Part shown: piece after piece, positions 1 to 10,518 of the stretch
How the letters are laid out: each line of letters starts with the position of its first letter
Numbering within the stretch: the stretch's first letter is position 1
Assembly: GCA_964016885.1 (NCBI GenBank)
Contig: OZ024740.1
Location: 339,264,001 to 339,328,000 of the forward strand
Direction: 5' to 3'
Length of the DNA stretch: 64,000 nucleotides
Origin: Eledone cirrhosa
Lineage: Eukaryota
Notes under the pieces: generated by a model
Told to the model about the DNA's origin: nothing
The model's input: only the letters and a program-made list of their open reading frames with translations
The model's database searches: none
Program-made: the position numbers and the translations under genes

Positions 1-929
1 GGACATTTCCTCTATGTATGTTGTTGGAAAGTTGGCTTTTTTTTATATGGAGAGGCTGGGGGCGATAGGGGGGAAAGTTGTGTGATTTGTTTTCTTTATC
101 TAATGTTTCTTTCTGTTCATTTAACTTTCATATTTATATTTCAAATTTTAATTTAGAAATTTAATGAAATGACCATAAAAAATCGAAAATAACAAAAACT
201 ATTGGTTTCAGTGTAATTTTATAATTTATTGTATTTTTTTTTTTTAAATGTGAAATGTTTTTTTTTGTTTTTAGTGGGGTGGGTAGTGGGGGGGGGGTCC
301 TTCTTTTTGAGGTTCTATTGATGTGTTTTTAGTTAAAATTATTTTCCTCAATGTAGTAGTGAAATAATAACTAAGATTCTTTTTCTCAGAGTCAGTTGAA
401 CATGCAGTTGTGTATGTTTCATTTCTATTTAACTATTATATACTGTTATTTATTCAAGGACTGTCTGTTTTCTTTCATTTCTATCACTACTGCAGCTGCT
501 GCACCTGCATTTCTCATGGCATCATTTAACTATAGATAGAGATAGTTTTATATTTTCCATAATTTCAACAGTTTCTGCTTTTTGTTCGTTCACTTTGGCC
601 GTTAGCACTAATAATAAATAAAAGTGTTAATTAATACTTTATCTTTAGCTTTCCAAATGAAAGCTGCAATTGAAGGGGATGAAATTTAGAACACAATTCT
701 CTGTTGTTTTGTGTTGTGTTCTGTGAGGCATTGATGATGTATAGAGGTAGATATAGATAGATACATCAGTAGAGAGATAGGTGGATAGATTGTTAGTAGA
801 TAAGTAGGTATATATATATATATAAGTGTGTGTGTATGTATGCCTGTGTGTGTATATATGTGCATATGTATATATATATATATATGTGTGTATATGTATA
901 TATGTATGTGTGTGTATATGTATATATAA

Positions 930-971
<42 letters not shown>

Positions 972-975
<4 letters not shown>

Positions 976-1083
976 GTTTCTATTTTTGGCACAAGGCCAG
1001 CAATTATCCCAGTGTATTACTGCTACTTTATTTTATCGACCCCGTAAGGATGAAAGGCAAAGTTAACCTCAGCAGGATTTGAA
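972..1083 (-). mobile_element. SINE fragment (B-box plus conserved central core), second SINE family
   Basis: Minus strand reads TTCAAATCC...GAGGTTAACTTTGCCTTTCATCCTTACGGGGTCGATAAAATAAAG. Related copies lie at about 30650-30876 (tandem pair), 15360-15420, 42000-42230, 44340-44470 and 58040-58160. Confidence 0.7.
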
Positions 1084-1097
1084 ATATATATATATTC

Positions 1098-1150
1098 AAG
1101 TTTCAGAAGATGCCGTTAAGGGTGAAAGCAGCGATTCATTGCTTAAACTT
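1098..1150 (+). ncRNA. Hammerhead ribozyme motif, type I, with one core mutation
   Basis: AAGTTT-CAGAAGA-TGCCGTTAAGGGT-GAAA-GCAGCGATTCATTGC-TT-AAACTT. Stem I is 6 bp and stem III is GCA/TGC. The core reads CAGAAGA instead of CTGAAGA. Confidence 0.6.
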
Positions 1151-1170
1151 TAATCTGTTATTTTAATAAT

Positions 1171-1516
1171 GGGGTACATGGCTTAGTGGTTAGAGCATTG
1201 GCCTTGCAATCGAAAGGTTGTGAGTTCAATTCTCAGACCGGGTGATGTGTTGTTTCCTTGAGCAAGACACTTTATTTCACATTGCTCCAGTTTACTCAGC
1301 TGTAGAAATGAGATGATAGGGACTGGGGTCCCTATCATTCCACTGCAAAGTGGTCGTGGAGGTGCCACGGCAAAAAAGCACCCAGCACTCACTGTAAATG
1401 AGGTTGGTGTTAGGAAGAGCATCCAGCTGTAGAAATCAAGCCAGAATCAGTTCCCGTCCCACCCTTGCAAGCAGGGAAAAGTGGACATAAAATGAACTGA
1501 AATGAATGATGAATGA
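1171..1516 (+). mobile_element. tRNA-derived SINE with RTE-derived 3' end (copy 1)
   Basis: A-box TGGCTTAGTGG, B-box GAGTTCAATTC, internal hairpin ATGATAGGGAC-TGGG-GTCCCTATCAT, a 3' part matching the RTE 3' UTR, and an ATG-rich tail. Near-identical copies occur elsewhere in the window. Confidence 0.9.
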
Positions 1517-1534
1517 TATATATATAATGTTTTC

Positions 1535-2102
1535 TGACTTTGAAGGCATACCCATGGGTGTTACACACATGGAATTCAAAAAGGTGCTCAGGGTTGTTGT
1601 TGGCAAGATGGTTAATAATTTTGTCAGTTGCCAGACATCAGAGCTTCAATGTATCCATGCCCAGGGAAGCAAGGCGTTCAGAGTATGGTAGATGCCTGAT
1701 GGAGGGTATTCACCTGGTTGCATGTCTCTCAACAGTTCCAGGAGGTCAATGTTCTGAGCAAGATAGGGGTATCAGACTGGTGATGCAAATTCCAAGTGTG
1801 GCCACACCATAGTTATATACAGCTTTAAATAGCTAGCTGGAGAGTGGCTGACAAAGGTCTTGCTGACTGATGGCAAGACACCCTTGGCCTTCTTGACAAT
1901 TTTAGAGATGTGCTTTGTCCAACACAAATCGCTGTAGACAGTAATGCCCAAGTCACATTCACAAGAAGACTTCTTGATATTAGTGTTGTGGAGAGAGTAT
2001 GTGGACGCTGGGTTTTTCCTCCTAAAATGCATGGTGGTACACTTGCCCACAGCCAGCTTCAGTTGCCAGTCCATGATCCATTGCTGCATTGTGTCCAGGT
2101 CT
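1535..2102 (-). mobile_element. CR1/L2-group LINE, 3' ORF2 remnant
   Basis: ORF 1772-2089 encodes WQLKLAVGKC...DLGITVYSDLCWTKHISKIVKKA...LYITMVWPHLEFASPV, the typical post-RT region of CR1/L2-group elements. It is interrupted by stop codons. Confidence 0.85.
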
Positions 2103-2117
2103 GATATATATATATAT

Positions 2118-2358
2118 AAGAAAATGAGGTTATTTTACAAAATGGAAAAAAAACAAGATGTCCTACACGAGTGAAAGTATAAGGGAAAAAAGATGAAATC
2201 GAAAATGCAACTGGAGTCTTTTTAAAAATATTTATTTGGTTCCTTAACAGTCTGTTTCACGACATTGGCGATCGTCAACAGCATGAAACAGACTGTTAAG
2301 GAAGCAAATAAATATTTTTAAAAAGACTCCAGTTGCATTTTCGATTTCATTTTTTTTT
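2118..2358. mobile_element. Fold-back PLE pseudo-LTR fragment (inverted repeat with a hammerhead remnant)
   Basis: Arms at about 2193-2261 and 2282-2350 are reverse complements. The minus strand has TTGACGA-TCG...CGT-GAAA-CAGACTG-TT followed by AATAAA. The distal part recurs at 25775-25876. Confidence 0.7.
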
Positions 2359-2360
2359 CG

Positions 2361-2421
<61 letters not shown>

Positions 2422-2422
2422 G

Positions 2423-2453
<31 letters not shown>

Positions 2454-2798
2454 GCACGCACACACACACAAACACACACACACATATATATACATATCAT
2501 CATCATCATCATCACCGTTTTACGTCCGTTCTTCCACGCTAGCATGGGTTAGACGTGTTGTCCTGTTGTGGGCAGTGTCTGGTCGGCTGACCATGCCTTG
2601 CTCATACAGGAACTGATCTGGCTTGATTTCTACAGCTGGATGCCCTTCCTAACACCAACCTCATTTACAGTGAGTGCTGGGTGCTTTTTCGTGGCGCCTA
2701 CACGTCCACTTTACAGTGTGGGCTGGGTGCTTTTTTTGCCGTGGCACCTCCACGACCACCTTGCGGTGGGGGGAGTGGGGGCATGTTGTTTATATGCT

Positions 2799-4795
2799 TC
2801 AGCATGTACACATGGGAGGTCGGGTACCCTGTATTACTGCGTGACGCCAGAAGTCACGGTCGTGTGTCATCGCCTTCGAGAGGTGTTTTGGGGTAAGGTC
2901 GGCTTTTATCACCTCATCCCAGGTCATCTTGGGTCTCCCCACTCCGCGGTTTCCATCAACTTCTAGTGCTCTGCACCTTTTTATGCAGCTGTCATCCTTC
3001 ATACGCATCACATGTCCATACCAGCGTAACCGCCTCTCCTGCACGCAGCATTTGATTCCTCTTATGCTCAGTCTCTCTCTCAATTCATTTATGCTTTGTC
3101 GTTCACGTATATTACTGTTACACATCCATTGGAGCATGCAGGCTTCGTTTCTCTCTAATCTACGTAAGTCTTCCACCTTCAGCGCCCAGGTCTCACTACC
3201 ATGCAACATCGCTGTTCGGATACACGCATCATACAGTCTGCCTTTCATTCTGAGGGAGAAACCTTTTGCAGCTAGCAGTGGTAGTAGTTCCCTAAACTTC
3301 TTCCATCCCGTTCTTACCCTAGTTATTGTACTTTCTGAGCACCCACCTCCGTTGCTAATTCGGTCACCTAGGTAGCAGAAGCTGTCTACTGTTTCTACAA
3401 GGCCCTCCCAGAGATTGGTGGTACTTGTTTCCTGTGGCTGTTTGCTTGCTGTTTCAGCACAGCTGCTGCATGTGAATCCTACATTCTTAATTAAGCTTCC
3501 TGAGATCCCGCTACATCTCTTGTGTACCCATTGTTTGCATTTGGGGCAGAGAATGGAGTTCCTACCTACACCTTTCCTACATACTGAGCAAGGCCATTTC
3601 CCTGAGGGGATCTGGGTTCTGTTTTCTCGTCTACTTACAAGGACCTTAGTCTTTGTCATGTTGACTTTGAGGCCCTTTCTCTCTAGTCCCTGCTTCCAGG
3701 TTTGGAATTTATTCTCTAGTTCTACCATAGATTCAGCTATGAGTGCGAGGTCATCAGCATACAGGAGTTCCCATGGGCATCCGGTCTTAAACTCCTCCGT
3801 TATTGCCTGCAGGACTATGATGAACAGGAGAGGGCTAAGAACAGAGCCCTGGTGGACCCCAACCTGTACGCTAAATTCCTCGCTATACTCATTGCTAATC
3901 CTAACTTTGCTGACTGCTCCCCTATACATGGCTTGTACCGCTTTCACAAGCCATTCATCTACTCCTAGTTTTCTAAGAGCCCACCAGATTACCGCACGTG
4001 GAACTCTGTCTAAGGCTTTCTCAAGGTCGACAAATGCCAAGTAGAGTGGCTTACTTTTAGCTAGGTACTTTTCCTGTAATGGCCTCACAAGGAAGAGGGC
4101 ATCAGTGGTGCCTCTCCCTGGTACAAACCCAAATTGCATCTCGTCTATATTCACCCGGTCCCTAATCAGCTGTGCTATAACTCTTTCTGGTACTTTCATG
4201 ACCTGGTCCATCAACTTTATACCTCTATAGTTTCCTCTATCTAGTGCATCGCCTTTACCTTTGTAGCAGTTGACAATGATGCTACTGCACCAATCTTTTG
4301 GTATGGCCCCTTCTAGTATTACCTGGTTAACGATACGTGTGGTTATAGTGTGACCTACAGACCCAGATGCCTTCAGCATCTCGGCAGCTATACCCGATAG
4401 ACCGGTTGCCTTCCCCATCTTCATATCTCTGATTGCCTTACTTACTACGCTGCCGCTGACTTGTACTGCTGGTCCCTCTATAGGGTCTACATGGGGTAGG
4501 GTCTCTTCTTCCCATGCATTCTCCTCATTTAGTAATCTATCATAATGACTCTTCCATGCATCTTTCTTCTCAGCACTTGTGAGGGCAAGCTCACCTGTAT
4601 CATTCCGGATACACTTCTCTCCAATGACATCACAACTATCTCTGACACACTGCCTCGCAATCTTGAATACCTCCTGTTTCTGGTCCTCACATTGTAAAAC
4701 ATGCTTGAATTTTCTATCCTCTGCTTCCCTCCTAGCTAAGTATACTTGTCGCCTAGCTTCCCTCTTGGTCTCTATGTAATGTACCCTGCTCCCTC
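2799..4795 (-). pseudogene. Reverse transcriptase part of the RTE ORF with an inserted PHD-type finger
   Basis: YKGKGD, NYRGIKL, QFGF, FVDLEKALD, GVHQGSVLSP, YADD (3750-3761), [13 protein letters not shown] and GRPKMTW motifs. A C4HC3 Cys/His pattern lies at 3460-3591. Confidence 0.95.
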
Positions 4796-5570
4796 GTTCT
4801 TCCATTCTTTCCATGCCTGTCTCTTGGCCTTGACTGCTTCATCTACCTTATTGTTCCACCACCAAGTCACTCTCCTCCTGCTTGAGGTCTTACTCCAGCC
4901 ACAAACCTCATCCGTCGCCTCTAGTAAGTTATTTTTTAGGAACTCCCAGTTCTCTTCTACGTTAAATGTCTCTATTTGTTCTTCTTTACTGTCGTAGACG
5001 TTGAGTAAAATATCTTTAAATCTGTTACTGGTTGAGGGGACTTTCAGCTTCCAGATCTTTCTTCTCCAGGTTGGCCTCTGTTTCCGGGTTCGTCTAGTTC
5101 TGACCGTGAGGTCGCTGACAACTAAGCTATGTTGGGATGTACATTCCTCACTAGGGAAGGCTTTTGTGTTTACGACCGTCCATCTGTCACGTCCTCTGAT
5201 GAGGATAAAATCTAACTGACTAGAGTGCTCCCCTGATCTATAGGTGATCAGGTGGTTGTCGGGTTTTTTAAAGTTTGTGTTACATATCGACATGTCATTG
5301 GCGTCGCAGAATTCTAGAAGTCTGAATCCTTCCTCATTCCTTGTGCCAACTCCATGGCCTCCATGTACTCTATTGAAGCCGTTGCAGTGTTTACCTACGT
5401 GTCCGTTAAAATCTCCTGCAATCATTAGGAAGTCCTTGTCGTCTGTTAGAGCAGTAGTGTGTATTAGGGACTCGTAAAACCTATCCTTAAGTTCGTCTGG
5501 CAGCTCCAATTGGGGTGCGTAAGCTGATATTATTGTGGTAATTGTCTTATTCAGGACTAGTCTGAGTTTA
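4795..5570 (-). pseudogene. APE endonuclease part of the RTE ORF (N-terminally truncated)
   Basis: SAYAPQ, GDFNGHVG, RNEEG, NTNFKK, TYRSG, QLDFIL and TWWWN motifs. A frameshift near 4795 separates it from the RT frame. Confidence 0.93.
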
Positions 5571-6041
5571 ATATATATATATATTATATAACAATAGATA
5601 TTTAGGTATATATTTATATATATATATATCCGTAGAGACATAGGCAGGTTGATTATTAGGTAGGTAGGTTATTAGGTAGATTGAGAGTGAGAGACACACA
5701 GACACATCTATCTTGGTTGAATGGTACCACAGTTTTGCCAGGCCAACAAAAAGTCTCAAGTACCAATCAATCAACAAACATATAATAAATCTCATTCAAA
5801 CATTGAGTCACCCCATCATTAAATATTTGTTGTTATTTTTATATCTCTAAAACTACAACCCAATATTGACACACACACATATGCATGTATGTTATGTATA
5901 TGTGTATATGTGTGTGTATATGTATATATATACGTATGTGTATATATATATGTATATATATATACACACATACATATATATATACACATGTGTATATATA
6001 TATACACACATATATATATGTATATATATATGTGTGTGTAC

Positions 6042-6074
<33 letters not shown>

Positions 6075-7097
6075 CTTAATACATTAACAGAGAAAGCTTT
6101 ATATATATGTATATATTATTTATATTATGTAAATATCATCATTGCTATCATCATCATTTAAGATTCGCTCTCCCTGCTGTTATATATATATAGATAGATA
6201 GTAAGAGAAGGGAGAATTAACTTAGTGAGCTAGTTCTTTTGTTTACATTCTACAATACATGTTAGTTTGTACACAACTACTCCTCTTCCACCTTCCCCAC
6301 CTCAATTGTGTTTTTTCTGCAGCTCCAGTAAATGCCTCTCCTAGGTTTGATACAAACGAAATTTAATTCAATTGGTTTCAAAATAGAATTTACTATTACT
6401 ACTTCATATATATATATACATACCATGGTTCTGGCATTTCCTTGTATTATTTGTGTGTTTTATTTTATTATTATTGTTGTTTCTCTGTTGATTTCTCCCT
6501 TTCCTTTAAACTCAATATAAACCTTGCTTTGTTTTTCATCCTTCTATCCCCCCCCCCCCCAACGCTAGGTGCCCTGGTGGCCAATAAAAGAAGTCATTAT
6601 TATTATTTCTATTGTTATTATTTTATAATTTTTGTTGTTGTTTCTTCAATAAATGCTTTCCAAATTTGAGGCATTATTGGAATATTTCAGTTTTCATTGA
6701 TATATAAATATATATAAATATATACATATATATATGTATATAAGTATATATGTATGTGTGTATATATATATATATATACACACACACACATACACACCAC
6801 TGTGTGTTTTTATCAAGTTGCAGTATTTAGATTAAAAACCCCAACAGGTTTTCTTTCATTCGCTTGGAGGTGTAAGAATATTGCATGAGAAATATCAAAA
6901 ATGAGAGGAATGAGTGTTGGTTGATGGTGGTAGTGGTGGTGGTGATGATGGTGGGGGAGTTGCCAGAAATAAGTATTTTGGAAATGTAGTTTGTACTAAG
7001 TCAATTGACTTATGCAGAAATAATTCAAGCTAGACATGGATACATATTAGTTTAAATGCTTTCCATGCTTTTTTCTACATGGTTGGAGAAAAATGAA

Positions 7098-7353
7098 GTT
7101 AACTCTTCCATTTCCATATTCTAATTGAAAGAAACTCCTTAGGATTTTCAAATAATTTTTTTATATAATCAAAAATGTTTGTGGGATTTAGTAATATAAC
7201 ACACTTTCTCACTATTAAGCAGGTGTTTTGAATATAACTTAACAAAGGGTCTTACAGAAAATTATGATGGAAGGTTTTTATATAAACATAGCACTTTTAA
7301 ATAAACAGCATATAGAATGAAGAGAGATTTTAGGCAGTTTATCAAAAATGTTA
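7098..7353 (+). mobile_element. Old TTAA-bounded non-autonomous DNA element (about 250 bp family)
   Basis: Shares TAGGATTTTCAAATAATTTT, GGATTTAGTAATATAA and AAAATTATGATGGAAG blocks with 43040-43284, which ends in AAAGGGTTAA. A reversed copy lies at about 16290-16498. Confidence 0.5.
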
Positions 7354-7659
7354 AAGTTCAAGAAAATTTGGTATCCAGCTGGTTGTATGTGCATGGTTAA
7401 GATCACTTCACAATCATGTGGCATCTTGAGCAAGTATCTTCTGTCATTGCCTTGGGTGTAAGTCAAATTCAATCAATGGCATAAGTGCAATTGGTGTAAA
7501 CTGTGTAGAATCCAATTATATCATCATCATCATCATTTTACGTTCGCTTTTGCAAGGGTTTCCCTTCTTGCAAGGGTTGGACGGGTCCTATTCAGCACAG
7601 CATCTCTCCACTTGCCATGGTCCTTGATCATCTCCTTGGTGTACAACAAAATTTAATAT

Positions 7660-7770
7660 AGAAATGGCTTCTACAGGACTAGAACTGTTTCATTTGAAGG
7701 AAATCATCAGGAAAGCTTTTTGATGATTTCCTTTGAATTAAACAGTTCTCGTCTTGTAGAAGCCATTTCT
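7660..7770. repeat. Fold-back palindrome with back-to-back decayed hammerhead motifs
   Basis: Arms of about 50 bp are centred on AAAGCTTT (7712-7719). The left arm on the minus strand reads CTGATGA-TTTCCTTCAAAT-GAAAC-AGTTCTA-GTC. Confidence 0.7.
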
Positions 7771-8304
7771 CCCCCTCTCTCTTCCCCTCAATCCCCCCTC
7801 TCTCTCTCGCTATATATATATATGTCTATATATATATATATATATATAGATATATATAGAGAGAGAGATAGCTATAGATATATATAGATATTTATATATA
7901 TAGAGATATATTACATGCATTTCATATAACCTCATAGTGTTATATACTGAGTTGCAGGGTACAATAAAAGGGTGAGGGTGCATGTGTGTTTGTGTACAAA
8001 ATATTATGTATTGTAGAATATTAACAAAAGGATATATCCTCCAATAATGCTCACAAGGCTGATTTTCTTTTCTAAGCTCATTCGCCTTCTCTTTCCCTCT
8101 CCCTATCAACATATTTCCCTATCTCACTCACTTTCTTCTCTGTCTTCTTCGATCTATCTTATCCTATCACTGTTTTCCCCCATTGCACTCATTTCCATCC
8201 CCTCCATTTTTCATCCAGCTCTTTACTTCTCTCCTAAACACACTCCTGTCACATTTCCAACTGCCCCCTCCTTAGATTTTTTTTTTTTTTTCTGTAATAT
8301 TGCA

Positions 8305-9420
8305 AAGGTGTATGATAGTGAAACATGGACAGTGAATATTGAGGATTATATGTGATGTTTAAGATGTGTGATGGTGTATGGCAGTGAAACTTGAACAGTG
8401 GATACTGAGGACTATATGTGGTGTGAGTGTGTGATGGTGTATGGTAGTGAAACTTGGACAGTGAATATTGAGGACTATATGTGGTATGTATAAAATAAGA
8501 TGCATCATAGTGTATGGTAGTTAAATATGGAAAGTAAAGGTAGAGGATTATGTGGTGTGTGTAAGATTTGTGAGGGTGTAAGGTAATAAAACTTGGACAG
8601 TGAATATTGAGGACTAAAATGTGGTGTGTGTGTGTGTGTGTCTAAGATGCATCATAGTGTATGGTAGTTAACCCTTTAATGTTCAAACCAGCCCAAACCG
8701 GCCAGAATTCTCTACCTCTTTCTGTTGAAACTGGCAGTAACCGGTCGCTCAAACTGATGTTAAGGTATTGTTTTCAAAATAAATACTTTCAAAATCTCAT
8801 AGATTCGATATTATGTGAGATAATTGTGTGAGGTAAAGCCTTTACCATGAAAATATAATAGTATATATAGAGTAATGTGAATGCTAAAGGGTTAAATATG
8901 GACAGTAAATGTAGAGGACTATATGTGGTGCAAGATTTGTGAGGGTGTATGGTAGTGAAACTTGGACAGTGAATATTGAGGACTATATGTGGTGTGTTTC
9001 TAAGATGCATCATAGTGTATGGTAGTTAAATATGGACAGTAAATGTAGAGGACTATATATGGTGTGTGTAAGATTTGTGAGGGTGTATTGTACTGAAAGA
9101 TGGACAGAGAATGTAGAAGACTATATGTGTATATAAGATCTGTGAAGTTGTATGGTAGTGAAAGATGGATGGCAAAGTAGAGGACTGTATGTCGTATATG
9201 GTTGTGAAGTATGAATTGGGAATGTAGAGGATTATATGTGGTGCGTAGTAGTGAAGTATGAATTGTGAATGTAGAGGACTGTGTGGTGTATGTGTCTGAT
9301 GTGTGATACTTTATATCAGTGAATATAAAGGAATATGATATATGTGTACAAGGCATGTAATATTTGGTAGTGAAACATGGAGTCATAAATATATATTATA
9401 TGGGGTATGTGTAGGATGTG
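8305..9420 (+). repeat. Diverged 60-70 bp minisatellite derived from RTE coding sequence
   Basis: GTGTATGGTAGTGAAACTTGGACAGTGAATATTGAGGACTATATGTGG recurs and translates as YGSETWTVNIED. A decayed RTE 3' end follows at about 9420-9790. Confidence 0.8.
8672..8891. mobile_element. piggyBac-type MITE (220 bp)
   Basis: TTAA on both sides (8668-8671 and 8892-8895) and termini CCCTTTAATGTTCA / TGAATGCTAAAGGG. The empty site GGTAGTTAAATATGG is seen in neighbouring repeat units. Confidence 0.9.
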
Positions 9421-9911
9421 TGAAGTATGTGCATTGGTAGCAGATGATTTGCTTTGATTGGAGATGAAATAGTTTAAGCATGATTTGTGAAATGTATAAT
9501 GTTAACTTATGAAAAATGCTCAACAGAAATAAGCATCAAAGATATTATAAATATGTAATCTGAATAAATGATATTATATTGCATGAAAAGGTGTCGTGAA
9601 TTAGTTGTTGAAAGTAGTATCAATGAAGGAAATAGACTAAGGAAATGTTGAGATAAGGTAGTAAGGTCAGATTTGAGAATATTGGCTTTCATGGAAGATA
9701 TGATACAAGACTGAGGCACAAGGAAAGATGCTGCATTACAAACCCATTCAGTTGATGGCAATACAGACTTATTGCAGTTAAAATGATGATAATAATTTTC
9801 CACACACATACACACAAATAAAATGAAAATTATTACATCCCTTTTTACTGCCATTTGTCTGTATATGTGTGTGTATATATACATATATACATACACACAC
9901 ATTTTTATATG

Positions 9912-9953
<42 letters not shown>

Positions 9954-10518
9954 AACATATAAAACCATGAAAATTATTATCCTTTTTACTGCCATTTCTC
10001 TGTATTGACAAAGTTTTGTTTAAAGATAAAGTTTGAAAGTATATTTATTTGCTAAAGATTTTTCGATCTGTGATATTTCTTTAACTTAGTCTTTAGAGTT
10101 AACAGAGAATTTCTTCCTTTCTTTTCTACGTTTCAAGCAAAATTATTATTCTTGTCGTTAATAAATCAATGACTTACACATAGCTTAGGAAATATAATAA
10201 AATGGTTTTAGTGTAATTTATTTAGCTTTGCTTTATTCCATATCCATGCTGCCATGTGTTAGTGATTTATACCGTCTTGTTGATTCTCGAATAATCTAAT
10301 TGTTATGTCTTTTGAAATGATTTTATGTTGAAGTTTTATTTATTTCGCATTGGTTTTATATTCTAGTATATATTTTATGTTATTGCAGAATAAAAATTTC
10401 CCATTAAACCACTGCTTTATGATATATATAAATTTCTCTTTAGTCTAACAGCATACAACAGTCATCATCATCATAATCGTTATCGTTTTTTATGCCTATT
10501 TCTCCTTGCACGAATAAG

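Larger units (their letters stand above)
2497..5570 (-). mobile_element. RTE-clade LINE, 5'-truncated (family A)
   Basis: Contains APE endonuclease motifs, an RT domain, a 3' UTR and an (ATG)n tail. The 5' end is cut off by (TA)n. Confidence 0.95.

Noticed and set aside
1171-1245. tRNA gene
   Set aside because: A and B boxes are present, but the acceptor and anticodon stems pair poorly and the sequence continues as a multicopy SINE body.
2929-5477. Plus-strand ORFs of 66-209 aa
   Set aside because: They are antisense shadows of the RTE ORF.
6300-6600. Possible small host exons after polypyrimidine-AG acceptors
   Set aside because: The donors are weak and no recognisable peptide results, so this cannot be supported without transcript data.
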